Shown piece after piece: positions 58,803 through 64,000 of a DNA stretch of 64,000 bases (position 1 is the stretch's first letter; each line of letters starts with the position of its first letter). The notes below the pieces were generated by a model, which saw nothing but the letters and a program-made list of their open reading frames with translations, made no database searches and was not told the DNA's origin. Origin of the DNA: an uncultured Planctomycetaceae bacterium (lineage in GTDB: Bacteria; Planctomycetota; Planctomycetia; Planctomycetales; Planctomycetaceae); the NCBI GenBank assembly GCA_964388415.1, contig CAYMAO010000001.1:65072-129071 (forward strand), read 5' to 3'. Made by a program: the position numbers and the translations under genes.

Positions 58803-60143
58803 TCACACCCAACCGGGTTCCCAGCCGGCGCGGTACGATTTCGTCAGCAGTGATTTTGCGTGCGGGGAGCCGGTCAGTTCCATGGCCTCCGGGTTCCAGG
58901 AGAGCTTCGTTCCCTTCAACCGGATGGCGATCGTTCCCAGAAGCACGGCTTCCGACAGCGGCCCGGCGTAGTCGAAGTGCGACGTCGTCTTGTCTTCGCC
59001 GCGGCACGCGTCGGCCCACGAGGTGTAATGATTGCGGGCCGGCACGACTTCGATCTTGTAATCCGCGAATTTCTCTTCCGGGAACAGCTTCGGCATCGCC
59101 ACGTGCGGAATCACCAGCGAGCCCCTCTCGCCGATAAGCACCGAACCTGAGCCGGGGAGTGCATAGCTTTCCGGCAGCCCGGTTTCAGCCTTGGACGGCA
59201 GATGCTTCTCACCGTCGTGCCAGGTGACTTTGATCGTCTCGCCAGCCGTCAATTCGGTGCCTGGGAATTCGTATGACACGGTGGAGTGCCTGTACCAGAT
59301 CTCCTTGTTCATGGGGCCGGCATCGGCCTGAATGCTCAACGGGGCCGTCAGCTTGAGCGCCATGAAGACCGGGTCGAGAATGTGGCAGCCGAAGTCGCCC
59401 AGTTGGCCGTTCGAGAAATCCTGCCAGGCGCGCCAGTTGAAGCTGTGATAAATCTTTGGCATAAACGGCCGCTGTGGCGCGACGCCCAGCCATTCGTCCC
59501 AGTGGATCGTTTCCGGCACGGGTTCGCCTTGGGCCGGACGGTCGTCGACGAGAATCCAGCCCATCGCGCCGCTCTGCCAGGAATGAACTTCCTTCACCTT
59601 GCCGATGACGCCGTCATGCACCAGCTTGACCGCGGTGCGGTACGCTTCGTGCGACTGAATCTGGTTCCCCATCTGCGTAACAACATTGTATTTTTTCGCC
59701 GCCAGCCGCATCTGCCGGGCTTCATGGACGGTGTGCGTGAGGGGCTTCTGGCATTGGACGTGCTTGCCAAGCTGCATCGCCGGCAGCGAGACCGGGGCAT
59801 GCATGTGATCGGGCGTAGAGACAATAACCGCGTCGAAGTCCTTGTGATGCTCGAACAGCTTCCGCCAGTCGGTGTAGCGCTTCGCCTGTGGATACTTTTC
59901 AGCCGCCTGACCAAGATGCGGCTTGGATTCGTCGATGTCGCAGAGCGAGACGACTTCCACCTGCGGACTTGCTGCGGTCGCCGTCAAATCCGACCAGCCC
60001 TTCCCGCCGCACCCGACCGAGGCGACGCGCAATTTCCCGTTCGCTCCGTAAACCCTGGACCAGCTTGCGGCGGTCAACGGCAGAATCGTTCCGGCTGCGG
60101 CAGCGTTCTTCAGAAACTGGCGGCGCGTGGATCGGGCGGGCAT
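58803..60143 (-). CDS. TAT-secreted Gfo/Idh/MocA-family oxidoreductase
   Basis: Twin-arginine signal RRQFLKNAAAAG. Rossmann motif LRVASVGCGGKG. Gfo/Idh/MocA C-domain. Confidence 0.8.
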   Translation of the reverse strand: MPARSTRRQFLKNAAAAGTILPLTAASWSRVYGANGKLRVASVGCGGKGWSDLTATAASPQVEVVSLCDIDESKPHLGQAAEKYPQAKRYTDWRKLFEHHKDFDAVIVSTPDHMHAPVSLPAMQLGKHVQCQKPLTHTVHEARQMRLAAKKYNVVTQMGNQIQSHEAYRTAVKLVHDGVIGKVKEVHSWQSGAMGWILVDDRPAQGEPVPETIHWDEWLGVAPQRPFMPKIYHSFNWRAWQDFSNGQLGDFGCHILDPVFMALKLTAPLSIQADAGPMNKEIWYRHSTVSYEFPGTELTAGETIKVTWHDGEKHLPSKAETGLPESYALPGSGSVLIGERGSLVIPHVAMPKLFPEEKFADYKIEVVPARNHYTSWADACRGEDKTTSHFDYAGPLSEAVLLGTIAIRLKGTKLSWNPEAMELTGSPHAKSLLTKSYRAGWEPGWV

Positions 60144-60521
60144 GGCGTCGGCTCCTTGTGATTCGTTTTTGCGAGCGGATTCACGACGTCAGTTTAACAG
60201 ACGACGGGCGGGCAGGGAATTCGCTTGCCGGCGTTTGACGTCTTCGGGTGTCGTCGCGGATTTCGGGATTCGGGCGGCGAGCGGGATGACTTGGCGCTCG
60301 AATTGATGCCACCAGCCATCCTGCCTGGTGAGCGCCCTGTCATCCGGTCGAAACGGCCACCTTTTCCCGCCAGGGGAGTAGAGGAAAAACAATCCTCCGA
60401 TACGACACCCCTGCCGAAACGCGATAGATTCCCTGATTGCCGGTTGCATCAACGGGCGTTGATCTGCTATGCTGGTTCGGGATGAAATCTACAGGCAACG
60501 GAGCACACAGGAACTCCGAAG

Positions 60522-61934
60522 ATGCTGCGAATTTTGGGCCGCGGATCGACCCTGTGTGACCGAGTGCCTCGCCGCGAGGCGCTGCGTGTCGGCGGGTTGG
60601 CGTTGTTGTCTGGTGCGACGTGGCCGCAAAGAGTGCCGGCCGCCGCGGCATTGCCGGCGTCGCATTCCGGTGCGGCGAAGTCGGTGATTCTGATCAACCT
60701 CTTCGGCGGGCCGCCGCACCAGGATTTGTTCGATCTCAAGCCCGATGCGCCGAAAGAAGTGCGCGGGGAATTCTCGCCGATTTCCACTTCAATTCCCGGA
60801 GTTCAGATCGGCGAGTTGCTGCCTGAGATTGCTCAGGTCATGGACCGCTGCACGCTGATCCGGACGTATTCCCACAAGTACAACAGCCACAATCCGTACA
60901 ATGTTTTCACCGGGTTCGATGGCGGGAACGACCGCGAAAATTACTTTGCGAAGCGGTCCGACCATCCGTCGATCGCCTCGGTCTGCATGTCCGTGCGGCC
61001 GCCCTCGGGCGATATCCCGCCGTATGTGATCCTGCCGGCCTATCCGGGGTATTCGCAGGCATTGCGTCGGTCCGGTCCGTACGGGGCGTATCTCGGCAGC
61101 CAGTACGATCCGCTGTTCACGCTGTGGGACCCGCAGTTCCCCGGCAAGTCGAAGGACTTTTACGAGCATTTCACGGCGCAGGGGCAGCCCGTGCTCCCTT
61201 CGCTCGATGGCTTGCCGAACATCACGGCGGATCGGCTCGACCGGAGGCAGACGCTGCTGGAACAGATCGACCGGCAGACCGCCGCGCTGGAACGGTCGCG
61301 CGTGGTCGAAGGGATGGCTCATTTTCAACGGCAGGTCTTCACGCTGCTGACGTCGCCCAAGACGCGGTCGGCCTTTGATCTCTCTCGGGAAAGCGACGTA
61401 TCCCGGGACCGTTACGGCCGCCATCTGTGGGGTTCGAGCCTGCTTCTTTGCCGCCGGCTGGTCGAAGCCGGTTCGCTGTTCGTGAGCGTGAACTGGGAGG
61501 CCGACAACGGCAATCACTGGGATCTGCACGAGAACAATTTCGGCATGTGCCGGGCGCAGGCGCCGATCCTCGATCAGATGGTGTCGGCGCTCATTCTCGA
61601 TTTGGAAGCGCGCGGCATGCTGGAGACGACGCTGGTCATCGTGATGGGCGAAATGGGCCGATCTCCCCGGATCAACGCTAAGGCCGGCCGCGATCACTGG
61701 CCGCAATGCGGCTTCGCGCTTCTGGCCGGGGGTGGGATGAAGCGCGGGCTTGTCGTCGGGAAGACCGATGGCCAGGCCGGATACCCAATCGAGCGGCCCG
61801 TCTCCGCAGGCGACCTGGCGTCGACGATCTACCACTTGCTGGGCATCGATTACAACCTCACCGTCAACGACTTGACGGACCGGCCCAATCACATTTCGCA
61901 CGGCGGCGAACCCGTCTGGGAGGCCCTGGCATGA
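60522..61934 (+). CDS. DUF1501 domain protein (sulfatase-like fold, TAT signal)
   Basis: RREALRVGGLALLSGA TAT signal. DUF1501 hallmarks VILINLFGGPPHQDLFDLKPDAPKEVRGEF and GRDHWP. Confidence 0.85.
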   Translation: MLRILGRGSTLCDRVPRREALRVGGLALLSGATWPQRVPAAAALPASHSGAAKSVILINLFGGPPHQDLFDLKPDAPKEVRGEFSPISTSIPGVQIGELLPEIAQVMDRCTLIRTYSHKYNSHNPYNVFTGFDGGNDRENYFAKRSDHPSIASVCMSVRPPSGDIPPYVILPAYPGYSQALRRSGPYGAYLGSQYDPLFTLWDPQFPGKSKDFYEHFTAQGQPVLPSLDGLPNITADRLDRRQTLLEQIDRQTAALERSRVVEGMAHFQRQVFTLLTSPKTRSAFDLSRESDVSRDRYGRHLWGSSLLLCRRLVEAGSLFVSVNWEADNGNHWDLHENNFGMCRAQAPILDQMVSALILDLEARGMLETTLVIVMGEMGRSPRINAKAGRDHWPQCGFALLAGGGMKRGLVVGKTDGQAGYPIERPVSAGDLASTIYHLLGIDYNLTVNDLTDRPNHISHGGEPVWEALA

Positions 61935-63361
61935 CGCCTGGAAATCTGCACGAACGACTGGCAATTTCGCAGTTCTCCCGGCGAACGGGTTTGCAGGCCG
62001 GCGCGCTCGGCCTGATGGGCTTTGGCATGGCCGACGTCGCCGCCGTTCATGCCGCGAACTCCGAACTGCCCGTGACGCCGACCAAGTCGGTGATCTTCGT
62101 CTTCTTGAACGGCGGTATCTCTCAACAGGACAGTTTCGATCTGAAGCCCGGTGCGCCAGAATCCGTGCGAGGCGAATTTGCGCCGATCGCCACCGACACG
62201 CCCGGCGTTTCGATCTGCGAACATCTTCCTTTGCTGGCCCGTCAGAGTTCCCGGTATGCGCTGGTCCGGTCGATCACCTCGGACAGCAGCGACCACGGAG
62301 CGGCGTGCCACATGCTGTTCACGGGCCGGATGGACATGCCGCCGGGGGCGAACTTCAGCCAGGTTCCCGGGCCGAATGAATGGCCGTCGCTGGCCTCGCA
62401 GATGACGTATGCCACGCGGACCCGGTCTGGTTTGCCGCCGGCCGCCGTGTTGCCGCAGCCCAGCGTCAACGAAGCGAATCTCTTCCGGCCGGGGCAATAC
62501 GCCGGGAAACTGGGCGCGGGCCATGAAGCCTGGCATCTGCCGGTGGCAGCCCCGTGTGCGCTGGGCAACGGGGCGTGTCCGCATTGCTTTCGATTCGACG
62601 GCCAGCCGTTTGATCATGGTTCATCGACGATTTTCGAGATGCCGATGCTGACATTGCCCGAGGGGGGGCCGACGCGGTTAGGTCGCCGCATCCAGCTTCT
62701 TGATCACATCGACGGCCAGCGCCGGGCTCTGGAAGTCGGGGCCGAAGCGTTGCGGCTGGACCGGAATCGTCAGCAGGCGTTGTCCGTCTTATCCAATCCG
62801 AAAGTCCGGCTCGCCTTTGAAGTCGAACAGGCCGATCCGGCGATTCTCGCGGCCTACGGCAAGAATAAATTCGGGCTGTCGCTGCTGATGGCACGGCGTT
62901 TGGTGGAGGCCGGCGTGAACCTGGTGCAGGTGAATCTCGGGAAGAACTCGTCGTGGGATACGCACCGCCGGAATTTTCCGAACCTGAAATCGAACCTGCT
63001 GCCGTACCTCGATCAGTCGTTGTCCGCCCTGTTGCAAGACCTCGCGGACCACGGGCTGCTGGAAAGCACGCTGGTCGTCGTGTCTGGCGAGTTCGGCCGC
63101 ACGCCGAAAATCAACGCGGAAGGGGGCCGCGATCACTGGGGGCCCGTGATGACGAGCCTGTTCGCCGGCCCGGGAGTTCCCGGCGGCCAGGTGATCGGCG
63201 AGACCGACGCGCTGGCGGCGTACCCGATCAGCCAGGTCTACAGCGTGGAAAATCTGGCCGCCACGATGCTCCAAGCACTGGACATTCCGGCGCACGCTCA
63301 GTGGATGGACCTTGACGGTCGGCCGCATGAATTCTATCGAGCCGATCCGATCGCGTTCTGA
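61931..63361 (+). CDS. DUF1501 domain protein, second tandem copy
   Basis: ATG 61931 overlaps the upstream stop (ATGA). VIFVFLNGGISQQDSFDLKPGAPESVRGEF. GRDHWGP. Track start 61706 is upstream of the real start. Confidence 0.8.
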   Translation: MTPGNLHERLAISQFSRRTGLQAGALGLMGFGMADVAAVHAANSELPVTPTKSVIFVFLNGGISQQDSFDLKPGAPESVRGEFAPIATDTPGVSICEHLPLLARQSSRYALVRSITSDSSDHGAACHMLFTGRMDMPPGANFSQVPGPNEWPSLASQMTYATRTRSGLPPAAVLPQPSVNEANLFRPGQYAGKLGAGHEAWHLPVAAPCALGNGACPHCFRFDGQPFDHGSSTIFEMPMLTLPEGGPTRLGRRIQLLDHIDGQRRALEVGAEALRLDRNRQQALSVLSNPKVRLAFEVEQADPAILAAYGKNKFGLSLLMARRLVEAGVNLVQVNLGKNSSWDTHRRNFPNLKSNLLPYLDQSLSALLQDLADHGLLESTLVVVSGEFGRTPKINAEGGRDHWGPVMTSLFAGPGVPGGQVIGETDALAAYPISQVYSVENLAATMLQALDIPAHAQWMDLDGRPHEFYRADPIAF

Positions 63362-63395
63362 GACGCGTCGCATGACATGATGGCTCGCGTTCGCT

Positions 63396-63424
63396 CGGTC
63401 CCGGCGTCACCGACGCCGGGCTTT
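63396..63424. repeat. REP-like palindromic element copy C (inverted orientation): GGTCCCGGCGTCACCGACGCCGGGCTTTG
   Basis: Reverse complement matches copies A and B. Hairpin followed by CTTTG on the + strand, so it can act as a terminator for the DUF1501 gene. Confidence 0.65.
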
Positions 63425-63567
63425 GATGCGGGCTCGGCAGCAGGGTGTACTTCGGCCCCCTGGTTTCTTGCCGCTCGCAAGAACCAGTCTCCCCACGTAC
63501 GGGCTTCTCCGATAGAATCCGCATTGCGAAGATTGTGCAGTCATTTCGTTTTGCGAAAGAATTTCTC

Positions 63568-64000
63568 GTGCCCAATGGATGGCCCACGCTGCCGGTGTTG
63601 CCCGACGGCCTTTTGCAGGGTCTGTCGTCGATCTCCACGCTCGTGATTCTGGGGGCGTTCGCGCTGCACCTGGTGTTTTTCTGGTGGCTCTCGGCGTGGG
63701 CGCGCCGGGATGAACGGCGAATGGCGGCCGATTTCGAGGCGTTCACCCGCGATTTGAAGCATCGCAGCATTCTGGAACGCGGGATGCCGTTGTCCGATCA
63801 GATCGAGGCGTTTCTCGCCGACGTGAAAGATGTGCTGGACGATCCGGCGAAAGTTTCCGACCGGAAAGCGCTCTGGCAGCGGATCAAAATTCTCGATGAA
63901 GAGCGCCGGTATCTCCAGTCGCAGTCTTTTGAAACCTCGTACAACGTCTGCCGGACGATGATCGAAGCCTATCCCATGGCGGGAATTCTGGGCACCGTCC
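63568..64000 (+). CDS. MotA/TolQ/ExbB-family proton-channel protein (5' partial, runs off window)
   Basis: Not in the ORF track. In-frame translation from GTG 63568 gives TM1 ISTLVILGAFALHLVFFWWL, a cytoplasmic loop, then AYPMAGILGTV matching the MotA/TolQ LGLLGTV motif. Start codon is uncertain (GTG 63535 or 63568). Confidence 0.5.
   Translation, partial: MPNGWPTLPVLPDGLLQGLSSISTLVILGAFALHLVFFWWLSAWARRDERRMAADFEAFTRDLKHRSILERGMPLSDQIEAFLADVKDVLDDPAKVSDRKALWQRIKILDEERRYLQSQSFETSYNVCRTMIEAYPMAGILGTV

Noticed and set aside
60789-61964. 391-aa ORF on the minus strand
   Set aside because: Antisense to the DUF1501 gene, which has TAT signal and GRDHWP motifs.

Overview
High-GC (~62%) bacterial chromosomal segment, almost certainly from a member of the Planctomycetota. 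Supporting hallmarks are two tandem DUF1501 proteins with TAT signals, an ECF sigma factor paired with a Ser/Thr kinase that carries a C-terminal FGE-sulfatase domain, a fused MFS/spermidine synthase, a PEP-CTERM protein and TAT-secreted Gfo/Idh/MocA oxidoreductases. Gene density is high and most of the window is ordinary chromosome. Main contents in order: tandem paralogous small membrane proteins and an FHA-GAF-PP2C phosphatase; a LuxE-like acyl-protein synthetase and a LuxC-like acyl-CoA reductase split by a low-GC orphan ORF; a Gfo/Idh/MocA, crotonase-thioesterase, prpB-prpC block; a complete nitrogen-sensing locus (sigma-54 promoter, amt, two PII genes, glnD); ECF sigma / Ser-Thr kinase; PEP-CTERM protein plus a polysaccharide cluster (sulfotransferase, Wzx, methyltransferase, Wzy-like, GT2); a P1B-type ATPase with a C-terminal SPFH/band-7 domain followed by a CoxE-like VWA protein; hemE-hemD; tRNA-Leu(TAG); phoD-like and trmH-like genes; an ABC exporter with a degenerate NBD; a low-GC toxin-antitoxin pair; obg; Nramp; DedA; NSS and SSS transporters each with a small membrane partner protein. 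Non-coding structure includes at least two families of GC-rich palindromic (REP-like) repeats and a ~103-bp nested hairpin. The six-frame track uses TTG/GTG as starts and contains many long spurious ORFs on the antisense strand or overlapping real genes; several starts were re-assigned by reading the sequence. All domain calls come from motif recognition by eye; no searches were run.
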